Below are positions 17,571 through 26,113 of a stretch of 64,000 nt of DNA, piece by piece. This stretch comes from Polyangiales bacterium (GTDB lineage: Bacteria > Myxococcota_A > Polyangia > Polyangiales > Polyangiaceae). The notes beneath the pieces were generated by a model. It was not told the DNA's origin and did not search any database. It saw only the letters and a list, made by a program, of their open reading frames with translations. Positions within the stretch are counted from its first letter, which is position 1, and each line of letters begins with the position of its first letter. The position numbers and the translations under genes were made by a program. The stretch is from NCBI GenBank assembly GCA_038231275.1, contig JBBRLQ010000006.1, positions 192,001 to 256,000 of the forward strand. Direction: 5' to 3'.

Positions 17571-19934
17571 ATGCTCGCTCGAACGCGTCTCGCCGTCGTC
17601 GTCGTCCACGCCGCTGTCGCCCTGGTGGCGTCCTGCGTCGCCCCGCGCGCGGCCAACGCGCTGCCGCCGCCCGATCCGGGAGGGGGCGGCGGGTTGCACT
17701 GCAACCCGTCGGTCACCCTGGATCTGCGCGCGGGCAACCTCGATCTGGGCGTGAACTGGCCGGGCGCGACCTATGTGATCAACGGCGGGTCACCGCGCCT
17801 TCGCCAGGTCTCGTCGGACTGCGACACGACCTTTCACCCGGTGCCTCGTGTCTTTCGACTCGTCACCAAGCCGGCCCAGAGCAACGCGGCGCTCGTGAGC
17901 GGCCCGGTCGAGGCGACGCTGACGACGGACCGTCTCGGCGAGTACGTCGTGACCGTGGAGCTCTGCCCGAACGGCTGCAAGGTCGGAAGTACGACCGTGC
18001 CCGCGCGGACGATGACGTACAAGGCCGTCGCCTCCTTCATCCGAAATGTGCCGCCGGCCACGCGCCCCGTCGTCGCCGCGCAGCCGCAGACATCGCCGAC
18101 CTCGTTCTGCCACGCGGACACCTGCGCGGCGTCGCCGTTTCGCGGCGAGCAGAACGTCGATGTCAAGTGCCAGGGCGGCGGCGATCTCGCGCCGCAGTGG
18201 GTGACCGTCGAGCCGTTCGCAGGGCCGCACGACTATCGCCTCGTGGAGGGCAGGGTGGACTCGTCGGGCATCGCCGGGCGCGACCTCTGGCTCAACCACG
18301 TGAGCAAGGACATGAACGTCACGCTCACCGCGGACCCGCAGTTCGCGTTCCTGTCGTCCCACACCGACGACGCGACAATCGAAGTGGAGTGGGAGCGCAG
18401 CAGCATCCCAGAGCGCTTCCGGCCGTCTCCGGGAGACCGCATGTCCGTCTGGGGCTACCACATCCACGATTGCGGCCACTCGCCGTACCACACGGAGATC
18501 CATCCGCCGGTCGGCGCGGCGGTGCACCGCGCGCGGCCGATTCGATTGCCCGAGAACGCGACGTTCGACTTTCCGGGTGGCCGCGACAAGGTCGGCGCCA
18601 ACGTGTGGGTGCCCGGCGTCGTGACGGACATCTGGTTCAATCGCGAGGCCGGCGGCGTCCTGGGGGACTCGTCGCTCGCGCTGCACCAGCCGGCGCGACG
18701 CATCGTCGGGCTGCCCCATCCGGGCATCGCCGCCGTCAACGGGCCGGCAATCCATGGTCCTGCTTCGCTCGACAAGATCTTCAGCTTCAACATCTACCTC
18801 CCGCCGAGCCCCGCGAAGCTGTACGGAGACCTCGCGCCGGTCCCGCTCTTCACGCAGCACCTACCGTTCTCCGGCACGCCGGCGAATTGGCCGGTTCCCG
18901 CGATCACCGAGCGCACCGACGCCAACGGCGTGCGGTTCCTCAGCGTCACCGTCGACCTGCGCGGCTTCACCGGCGAGGATTACTTCTACCGGGTCGCCGC
19001 CGCGTGGGCGTACCCGAGCCCCAGGAACTGGAGCCTCAAGGCGTACTCGGTGAAGGCGACCGGCTTCAACGTCTTCGACACCGCCGACGTCTTCGAGGGC
19101 GACTGGCGGCTGTGGCTGAACGTGCCCAACGCGAGCAATGTGACCGACGGCATCGAGTGGCTCAAGCTCCTCGACTGCAACGACTGCGTCGACACCGGCA
19201 TGCACACCGCGTCGAGCTGGAGCCGCGATCTCACCGACGCCGACGGCCGCATTCGCGAGCCCGTGCGACTCTTCCCGGGCGAGGCCATGGAGCTCCGAAC
19301 GATCGGATACGACTCCGACACGATCTGGGACACCGACATCGGCGGAATCGACGAGCGCTGGACCTACGAGGAGCTCGGCGACCGCGTCATCGACGAGTCC
19401 GTCAGGAGCTCGACCGGCTACTACAGCTTCAACTACCAAATCGCTCCCGCAGCCCCGGTCGGCCTCGCCACCCTGAGCGCCGGCGCCCTGCACCTCTTCG
19501 ACGCCTACTCGGGGCTCGCGGTTCGCCCCCCGCCGGGCGGCCTCCAGGGCCCGCTCGCTGGACGCGCGAAGGTGACCACCGCCTCCGCACCGGCGGCGGG
19601 GCCGGTGAAGGCGTCGTCCCTCCCGAACCTCCGCTTTACCGGAACGAACGAGCGCAACCTCTTCACGATCACCGACGCCGAGCGTGCACACGCCCTGGCG
19701 ACCCCCGCGGCGCGTGCCACGGTCGAACAGGAGCTGCGCACCCTCCGTCAGCGCGTCTGCACGCTCCTCGGCTCGGCCCACATGCGCCAGAAGACGATGA
19801 GCGAGCTCGCGAAGGTCAAAGGCGGCTTCCCCACGGACATGTGGCAGCGCGTCTTCGGCGATCTCGAGCGCGGCGGGAGCTGCGCGCCGGTGGCCCCCCG
19901 CACAGCACGCCCGCCGCCGGTCATGCTGAAGTAG
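17571..19934 (+). CDS. Large secreted hypothetical protein (multi-domain, Cys/His motifs)
   Basis: AAGGGG RBS and ATG at 17571, signal peptide ending AANA; HIHDCGH..HTEIHP motif. The 5' extension in the ORF track is the scar. Confidence 0.8.
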   Translation: MLARTRLAVVVVHAAVALVASCVAPRAANALPPPDPGGGGGLHCNPSVTLDLRAGNLDLGVNWPGATYVINGGSPRLRQVSSDCDTTFHPVPRVFRLVTKPAQSNAALVSGPVEATLTTDRLGEYVVTVELCPNGCKVGSTTVPARTMTYKAVASFIRNVPPATRPVVAAQPQTSPTSFCHADTCAASPFRGEQNVDVKCQGGGDLAPQWVTVEPFAGPHDYRLVEGRVDSSGIAGRDLWLNHVSKDMNVTLTADPQFAFLSSHTDDATIEVEWERSSIPERFRPSPGDRMSVWGYHIHDCGHSPYHTEIHPPVGAAVHRARPIRLPENATFDFPGGRDKVGANVWVPGVVTDIWFNREAGGVLGDSSLALHQPARRIVGLPHPGIAAVNGPAIHGPASLDKIFSFNIYLPPSPAKLYGDLAPVPLFTQHLPFSGTPANWPVPAITERTDANGVRFLSVTVDLRGFTGEDYFYRVAAAWAYPSPRNWSLKAYSVKATGFNVFDTADVFEGDWRLWLNVPNASNVTDGIEWLKLLDCNDCVDTGMHTASSWSRDLTDADGRIREPVRLFPGEAMELRTIGYDSDTIWDTDIGGIDERWTYEELGDRVIDESVRSSTGYYSFNYQIAPAAPVGLATLSAGALHLFDAYSGLAVRPPPGGLQGPLAGRAKVTTASAPAAGPVKASSLPNLRFTGTNERNLFTITDAERAHALATPAARATVEQELRTLRQRVCTLLGSAHMRQKTMSELAKVKGGFPTDMWQRVFGDLERGGSCAPVAPRTARPPPVMLK

Positions 19935-19955
19935 CGGCGCGTAGCGGGTGCGCGC

Positions 19956-20483
19956 TCACCACTTGTTGCACGTGCGCGACGCGAACACCCGGGACACGAG
20001 CGAGCTGCACTGCACCTTCACGCTCTTCAGCATCCAGTCGATCTGCGTCTTCTGGCGCTCCATTTGCTCCTTCGTGGCGCCCGCCTCGACGAGGAAGAGC
20101 CGCTTCTGCGCCTGATAGAAGGCCACCTGGTAGAGGTACGGCTTCGCGTCCTCGTCGTGACCGAAGCGGAGGAGCTTGCCGGGCGTGCCGTCGAGCGCCT
20201 TCACGTCGTCTACGCCTAGGAGCGCGTAGCCGGTCACGTCGCGCAACTGCAACGTGAGCGCTTGCTGCCAGAATTTGAGGTCACCGCGCTCCTCGTCCTC
20301 GATGACGCGGATTCCGAAGGTGACGCCCTCGGGCGTGGTGGCGCGGTAGCTGTAGGCGCTCGCGTCGGACTGGTTCTCGAGCTCGACGAAGCCGGGCGCG
20401 GTCTCGACCTTGAAGGGCCGCCCGCACGCCGACGAGGAGAGCGAAGCCGCCAGGAGAGCGGCAAATACGAGTGCCTTTTGCAT
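19956..20483 (-). CDS. Hypothetical lipoprotein
   Basis: MQKALVFAALLAASLSSSAC lipobox; 3' part of ORF 19956..21356. Confidence 0.8.
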   Translation of the reverse strand: MQKALVFAALLAASLSSSACGRPFKVETAPGFVELENQSDASAYSYRATTPEGVTFGIRVIEDEERGDLKFWQQALTLQLRDVTGYALLGVDDVKALDGTPGKLLRFGHDEDAKPYLYQVAFYQAQKRLFLVEAGATKEQMERQKTQIDWMLKSVKVQCSSLVSRVFASRTCNKW

Positions 20484-20509
20484 GTATTTTACAAGTTTCA
20501 CGACGGGCC

Positions 20510-21373
20510 TCACTTCGTCTCGTTCAAGCGCAAGAGGGACGGCAGGCCGAGGGTCGGCAGCCACGCGAAGGGCAAGCGGATCGGCATCGTCTTCAGCGAC
20601 GACGCGCGCGCGTCGAAGTTGACGGTGATCGTCGAGAACGCGATCTTGTCCTTGAGGAGCTTCAGCCGCCCCTCCATACGCTCCATCTCCTGCGTGATGC
20701 GCCCGAGCTCCTTCTCGATTTCGAGCGCCTCCTTCACGGCGGCCTTCTGGAGGAGATCCTGGAGCCGGTCCCGCATCGCGCGCGCGTTCTTGAGGCGCAC
20801 CTCGGTGTCGAGGAACTCGTCGGTCACGTCTTGCGCGGAGATGTCGCGGTGGACGACGTCGCCAGTGGCCTCGATCTTCTTGATCGCCTCCTCGAAGCGC
20901 GCGCGCGGCACGCGGATCGTGATGCTGCGATCTTGGCGGACGGCGAGGTAGCCGCCGACGTCCTTGCCGATCTGCTCGACCTGGCCGAGCGAGCCCTCGA
21001 CCTGGTAGACGGCCATCGTGAGCGTGGCGGTGTAAATGAGGTAGGTGCCTTCGCGCTGGGCTGCTTGCGCGCCTTGCGCGGGGGTGGTCGCGCCGCCGCT
21101 CGGCGGTTGACCGGGCGCGGGTGGAGCGGGCGGGTACATCCCGCCCATGCTCGCGAGCGCCTCGTCGGGCTGCACGAGATCGGCCGGATCGGGGATGCCG
21201 TCGCCGTCCCGATCCGCTTCGTTCTTCTTCGTCTCGCCGCGCGCCCGCATCTCGCGCGCCGGCCCGGGCCGAAGGGCCACGCTCGGTGCCGTGGCGCTCT
21301 TGTCGTACGCCGCTCCCCCGCAGGCCGCGTTGAGGCCCACGGACCCGATCAAGCAAAGCGTCCCTATTCTCAT
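20510..21373 (-). CDS. DUF4349-domain lipoprotein
   Basis: Lipobox NAAC; ITIRVPRARF, QDVTDEFLD, LEIEKELGR...FSTITV typical of DUF4349. Confidence 0.85.
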   Translation of the reverse strand: MRIGTLCLIGSVGLNAACGGAAYDKSATAPSVALRPGPAREMRARGETKKNEADRDGDGIPDPADLVQPDEALASMGGMYPPAPPAPGQPPSGGATTPAQGAQAAQREGTYLIYTATLTMAVYQVEGSLGQVEQIGKDVGGYLAVRQDRSITIRVPRARFEEAIKKIEATGDVVHRDISAQDVTDEFLDTEVRLKNARAMRDRLQDLLQKAAVKEALEIEKELGRITQEMERMEGRLKLLKDKIAFSTITVNFDARASSLKTMPIRLPFAWLPTLGLPSLLRLNETK

Positions 21374-21532
21374 TGGTTCCTCCCGCGGCGACCGCCCGAA
21401 CGACGCTCCAACGTGCGCGCCGCCCCGAACTTACACGCGCCCGGAAGGTCTTGCGACGCTGGCCCGCCGCTGCTAATCACTCTCCCCCTTTGCCGCGCGA
21501 GTCATCTCGCGCACCCACCAGGAAGAAACCTC

Positions 21533-21967
21533 ATGAAAACGCCGTTCAGCCTCGTCAAAGACACCTTCGGTGACAAGTCCAAGCTCGTCGCCGCCCTCGA
21601 GAAGTTCACCGGAGAGGATCTCTGGATCGGCCGCACGAACACGAACAAGGGCCTCGCCCACGTGTCGAACGCGAAGCTCCTCCGCCTCCACGCCACCTTC
21701 TCGGCCGTGAAAGAGAAGTTCGGCACCCGCGCGAAGCTCATCGACGCGATCTGCGACCTCGAGAAGCGTACGAAGGACGAGGGCTACAAGACGCGCATCT
21801 CGGCGTATCCCGTCCCGCGCCTCTGGGATCTTTTCCGCTCCGTCGAGAAGCGGAACAAGGCCGCCGCCGCCCCCGCCAAGACCAAGTCCGCCGCCGCGGC
21901 GAAGCCCGCGAAGAAGGCGGCTGCCCCCGCCGCCCCCAAGAAAAAGGCCGCTCCGAAGTCGAAGTAA
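21533..21967 (+). CDS. Hypothetical basic protein with Lys/Ala/Pro-rich histone-H1-like tail
   Basis: ATG at 21533 after AGGAAG; C-terminus AAAPAKTKSAAAAKPAKKAAAPAAPKKKAAPKSK. Confidence 0.8.
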   Translation: MKTPFSLVKDTFGDKSKLVAALEKFTGEDLWIGRTNTNKGLAHVSNAKLLRLHATFSAVKEKFGTRAKLIDAICDLEKRTKDEGYKTRISAYPVPRLWDLFRSVEKRNKAAAAPAKTKSAAAAKPAKKAAAPAAPKKKAAPKSK

Positions 21968-21987
21968 CGCGCGAACGCGGAGGTGCC

Positions 21988-22497
21988 ATGCCCGAGGTCT
22001 CGCTCCGTCACGAATTCGACTGCGACGAGGACACGTACTGGGACAAGACCACGTTCGATCCGGCGTTCAACGAGCGCCTGTATCGCGACGTCCTGAAGTT
22101 TCCCGGCTACGAGCTCTTGTCGCAAGTCGACGACGAGAACGCCAAGACCCGGCGCATCCGCATCGATCCGCCGCTCGGCAACATGCCCGGCGCGGTGAAG
22201 AAGGCGGTCGGTGACAGGTTCAGCTACGTGGAGGAGGGGCGCTTCGACAAGAAGACCCGCCGCTACGAGTTCCAGATCATCCCGAGCGCGATGAAGGACA
22301 AGGCGAAGACCTTCGGCGTCCTTTACTGCGAGAAGCTCGGCGACAAGAAGATCGCCCGCATCGCGCGCGTCACCGTCGAGGTGAAGGTGTTCATGGTGGG
22401 CGGCCTGGTCGAGGACAGGATCCTCGGCGATGTGCGTCATTCGTACGAGGCCGCCGCCACGTTCACCCGACAATACCTGAAAGAACAGGGGCTTTAG
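21988..22497 (+). CDS. DUF2505-like (START/SRPBCC fold) protein
   Basis: GGAGG RBS; HEFDCD..TYW...F, VEVKVFMVGGLVEDRI pattern. Confidence 0.7.
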   Translation: MPEVSLRHEFDCDEDTYWDKTTFDPAFNERLYRDVLKFPGYELLSQVDDENAKTRRIRIDPPLGNMPGAVKKAVGDRFSYVEEGRFDKKTRRYEFQIIPSAMKDKAKTFGVLYCEKLGDKKIARIARVTVEVKVFMVGGLVEDRILGDVRHSYEAAATFTRQYLKEQGL

Positions 22498-22529
22498 CGG
22501 GCGGAGGCCAGCCGTCTGAAGTCGGCCGG

Positions 22530-22544
22530 TTTACGCATCTTTAC
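22530..22544 (-). promoter_or_regulatory. CpxR/OmpR-family direct-repeat box GTAAA-N5-GTAAA
   Basis: Plus strand TTTAC-GCATC-TTTAC, upstream of a Spy/CpxP-family gene. Confidence 0.55.
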
Positions 22545-22606
22545 CTCAGGAATCGCACCCCTCAAGGTCCCCGGGTGCATGCTCTTCTTCGAGAGGTCAC
22601 CACCCC

Positions 22607-23482
22607 ATGACGACGATTTCCCGCATCGGTTCCGTTTCGCTCCTCGCTCTTTCCCTCGCCGTCGCCGCGTGTGGCGGCTCGACCGCGACCGACACCGGCG
22701 CGCAGACCGCGCAGAACGCCGTCACGAAGGCGCCCGTTGGCGTCGCGACGCACGGCCCGGTGAAGATGGTCGGCGACGCGCTCGGCCAAGTCCCGCTCCG
22801 TCCGGAGCAACGCACCGAGCTCGAGAAGCTCGCGACCGACGCCGAGACGCGTCACCAGTCCGTCGCTCCTGCGCGCAAGGACCTCGTCGAGGCCGTCGCG
22901 CTGCAGGTCGAGTCGGGCACGCTCGACCGCGCCGCGCTCCAGCCGAAGATCGACGCCGCCGCGACCGCGTGGGACGGCATCCGCACCCAAGACCGCGCCG
23001 CCCTCGAGCGCGTCCACACCATCCTCGACGCCTCGCAGCGCGCCGCCTTCACCGACGCCCTCCACGCGCAGATGAAGGAAGGCCGCGAGCACCACGGCCC
23101 GGACGGCATGCACGCCAAAAATGGCCACCACGGCAAGATGCAGGAGTGGGCGACCGATCTGAAGCTCACCGACGCGCAGAAGGACCAGATCAAGGCGGCC
23201 TTCCAGGCGAAGGGCAAGGACCACGAGCACGACATCCACGCCGAGATGAAGGACCACCACGCCAAGGGCGGTCAGGTGATGGACGCCTTCAAGAGCGAGC
23301 ACTTCGTGATGGACGAGGTCTCTCCGAAGGTCGACACCAAGCAAGCCGCCGCGAAAATGAGCGGCCGGATGCTCGGCATGATCGAAGTCGTCCTCCCGAT
23401 CCTCACCCCCGAGCAGCGCAAAATCGCCGCCGACAAGATCCGCAGCCACGCGGCCGCGGGCGGCGAAGACCACATGTTCTAG
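22607..23482 (+). CDS. Spy/CpxP-family (LTXXQ) periplasmic chaperone-like lipoprotein, His-rich
   Basis: Lipobox VAAC; repeated LRPEQ, LDASQR, LTDAQK, LTPEQR motifs; His-rich linkers. Confidence 0.8.
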   Translation: MTTISRIGSVSLLALSLAVAACGGSTATDTGAQTAQNAVTKAPVGVATHGPVKMVGDALGQVPLRPEQRTELEKLATDAETRHQSVAPARKDLVEAVALQVESGTLDRAALQPKIDAAATAWDGIRTQDRAALERVHTILDASQRAAFTDALHAQMKEGREHHGPDGMHAKNGHHGKMQEWATDLKLTDAQKDQIKAAFQAKGKDHEHDIHAEMKDHHAKGGQVMDAFKSEHFVMDEVSPKVDTKQAAAKMSGRMLGMIEVVLPILTPEQRKIAADKIRSHAAAGGEDHMF

Positions 23483-23967
23483 CCCGAGTCCGAGACCTTC
23501 GGATTCAGGTAGCGGCCGTAAATGAAGAGATCATTGCCCGGCCAGTAGAAATCGCGGATTCGGGCGACGGTCTCGTAGCCGAGGCGGTCGTAGAACGCGC
23601 GCGTGGAGGCGTACTCGGCGGTGCCGGCCGTCTCCACGCGGATGAGGCGGCCGCCTTCGTTTCGCAGCTCTTCTTCGATCTTCGCGACGAGCGCCTTGCC
23701 GACCCCTTTGCCCTTGGCATCGGGGTCGACGCATATCCAGTACAGGTCGAACGTCCCCACGGTCATGGGCGTCGGCCCGAAGCAGATGTAGCCGAGGGCC
23801 TGCTCGTTCTCCTCGAAGACCCAGAAGCGGTAGGTGTCCTCGCGGCGGATGCCGAGATCGAGGAGCTCCAGGGCGACCTCGCGATCGTCCTCCGAGAACT
23901 CCTTGGTGCGGGTCAGGATGCTGGCGAGCGCGTCACGGTGACGCGCCGCTAGATGCACCAGCGGCAT
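23479..23967 (-). CDS. GNAT N-acetyltransferase
   Basis: LYWICVDP..KGKGVGKAL, RAFYDRLGY, DFYWPG. Confidence 0.88.
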   Translation of the reverse strand: MPLVHLAARHRDALASILTRTKEFSEDDREVALELLDLGIRREDTYRFWVFEENEQALGYICFGPTPMTVGTFDLYWICVDPDAKGKGVGKALVAKIEEELRNEGGRLIRVETAGTAEYASTRAFYDRLGYETVARIRDFYWPGNDLFIYGRYLNPKVSDSG

Positions 23968-25126
23968 GGGAGGCTCCCTCTTGTGCTCCCTTGGAGCGCG
24001 CGTTCCGGGGGCGGCGGCGCAGGGCGTAACGAACGAGGAGCTTCACGAGCGCCGAGTAGTCGATCCCGACGCCGGCCGCCGCGCGCGCCATTCCGGCGTA
24101 GCGCGAGAGATCGCAGTTCGGGTTCACGTCGATGACGTAGGGGATGCCGTTCGCGGCGAGGCGCACGTCGACGCGGCCGTAGTCACGGACGCCGACGGCA
24201 CGGAACGCGTCGACCGCCGCCCGGCGAACCTTGGCGGCGAGCGCCGTCGGGAGCTGGGGCATGAGGACCGGGATGGTCCCTAGATCGTCGACCGAGCCCT
24301 CGTTCCACTTCGCCTCGTACGAGACGATCTTGGGACGGTCGTCGGGGAGCGTGGAGAAATCGATCTCCGAGAGCGGGAGCACGCGCGCCGTCGGGAAGCC
24401 GAAGAGCGCGACGTTGAACTCTCGCCCTTCGACGAACTGCTCGACGAGGCACGCTTGCCGGAACGACGTGGCCACCTGAGCGACCACCTCCCGGAGCTCC
24501 GCCTCGTTGTGCACGACGCTCTTGCTCGAGATGCCGACCGAGCCGTCCTCGCGCACCGGCTTCACGATGAGCGGGTAGGAGAGATCGCACGGATCGTCGG
24601 GACCGCGCATCACGCACGACGGCGGGGTCGGGACGCCGGCCTCTTCGAGGAGTCGCTTCACGCGATCTTTGTAAAGGGCGTGTGACAACGCCTCGGGCGG
24701 CGAGCCGGTGAACGGGATGCCGAGGAGCTCGAGGACCAGAGGCACCGCGCTCTCGAGGCGCGTGTCCTGCGCGAGCGACTCACAGAGGTTGAACGCACAA
24801 TCCGGCTCGATTTCCGCCAAACGGGAGCGAAGCCGGGCGAGGTCCCCATCGACCGGAACCAGAATCGCTTCGTGGTAGCGATCGTTCAGCTGCTCGGCGA
24901 CGAACGCCGCGACCGACTCGACATCGGCCCGCGCCGCGTACCCCGGGTCGCCATCGGGCGACGAATCTTCGAAGTCGTTGTTGTAGAGGACGGCGACGCG
25001 CGTTGGCTTCCGCCGAGTCCTCCCTTGTGGCCCCATTCCAGGCCCTATTCCGGGGGCACTACGACCTTGCTGCTTGGAAACTTCGTTGGACGGTTGTGGA
25101 GGTCGAGGCTGGTCGTCTGCCGTCAT
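23933..25126 (-). CDS. D-Ala-D-Ala-ligase-like ATP-grasp protein
   Basis: FNLCE, GIPFTGS, IVKPVREDGSVGI, EQFVEGREF, YGRVD, DVNPNC; start uncertain. Confidence 0.85.
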   Translation of the reverse strand: MTADDQPRPPQPSNEVSKQQGRSAPGIGPGMGPQGRTRRKPTRVAVLYNNDFEDSSPDGDPGYAARADVESVAAFVAEQLNDRYHEAILVPVDGDLARLRSRLAEIEPDCAFNLCESLAQDTRLESAVPLVLELLGIPFTGSPPEALSHALYKDRVKRLLEEAGVPTPPSCVMRGPDDPCDLSYPLIVKPVREDGSVGISSKSVVHNEAELREVVAQVATSFRQACLVEQFVEGREFNVALFGFPTARVLPLSEIDFSTLPDDRPKIVSYEAKWNEGSVDDLGTIPVLMPQLPTALAAKVRRAAVDAFRAVGVRDYGRVDVRLAANGIPYVIDVNPNCDLSRYAGMARAAAGVGIDYSALVKLLVRYALRRRPRNARSKGAQEGASHAAGASSGASP

Positions 25127-25254
25127 GTTCCGAGTGCCGTACCCTCTCGTTCGTCTTTCAGGGTCACTCGCAGTCCGTCGCGCGCATTCTTGTCGAACGA
25201 CACAACGTCCGCGTACCGTTGCGACTCTAGCACACGCTCTACGCATGAGGACAA

Positions 25255-26097
25255 TTGGGAACGAGCAAAATTAATCCTGACGATCGATTTCTCGATCGAC
25301 GACGCGCGCGACCTCTCTCGTTCTGGTCCGGCGCGTGGGCGGTGTTCGGCAAGGACCTGCGCATCGAGCTTCGCACGGGAGAGATCGTCACGACCGCCGG
25401 CTTCTTCGCCGCGCTCGTCGCGATCCTCGCGGCCGTTTCGTTTTACGGCGGCGTGACCGCGGAGGTCGAAGTCGATGGCGGTCACCTTCGCGGCTGGGAG
25501 GGGCCGATGCTGCCGCCGAAGGCACTTTTGCGTATTGCGGTGCAGATCGCACCAGGTGCGATTTGGTTGCCGGTCGCCTTCGCGTCCATCCTCGCCCTCG
25601 CGCGGACGTGGCAACGCGAACGAGAGGAGGGAGCGCTCACGGGTCTCCTCGTCTCCCCCATCCCTCGCGCCTCCATCTTCCTCGGCAAGGCGATGGGGGT
25701 GATGGCCTTCGTCGTCGCCGTCGAGTGCATCGTCGTCCCGATCGTGGCGCTCATGTTCCACGTCGACCTCCCCGACGTGATCGTCGCGCTCACAGTCGTG
25801 CTCCTCCTCGGCACCGTCGGCGTCGCCGCGACCGGGACGCTCTTCGGCGCGATGACGGTGCGGACCCGCGCGCGCGATCTCGTTTTGGCGAGCGTCCTCT
25901 TCCCGCTCCTCTCCCCGGCGCTCCTCTCGGGCGTGGCGGCGACCCATCAAGTGCTCTCGCTCGCCCACCACCCCGAGTTCCAGACCGCGGGCGCCCAGCT
26001 GGCCGAGATCCGGGACTACCTCCTCTTGTTGGGCCTCTTCGACGGGCTCGCTGTGGGGGGTGGATTGGCCCTATTCGGGGCGCTAATCGACGATTAG
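25255..26097 (+). CDS. ccmB: Heme exporter protein B
   Basis: KDLRIELRTGE, APGAIW, ERE.G.L.GL..SP, LGK, LLFPL.P-like motifs; start uncertain. Confidence 0.85.
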   Translation: MGTSKINPDDRFLDRRRARPLSFWSGAWAVFGKDLRIELRTGEIVTTAGFFAALVAILAAVSFYGGVTAEVEVDGGHLRGWEGPMLPPKALLRIAVQIAPGAIWLPVAFASILALARTWQREREEGALTGLLVSPIPRASIFLGKAMGVMAFVVAVECIVVPIVALMFHVDLPDVIVALTVVLLLGTVGVAATGTLFGAMTVRTRARDLVLASVLFPLLSPALLSGVAATHQVLSLAHHPEFQTAGAQLAEIRDYLLLLGLFDGLAVGGGLALFGALIDD

Positions 26098-26113
26098 TGA
26101 TTGAAATTACGCG

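Noticed and set aside
17006..20257. 1083-aa ORF with PT repeat, and the antisense ES-repeat ORF 16989..17699
   Set aside because: Arg-rich off-frame reading of the real gene; the PT/ES tracts are just translations of the intergenic hexamer array.
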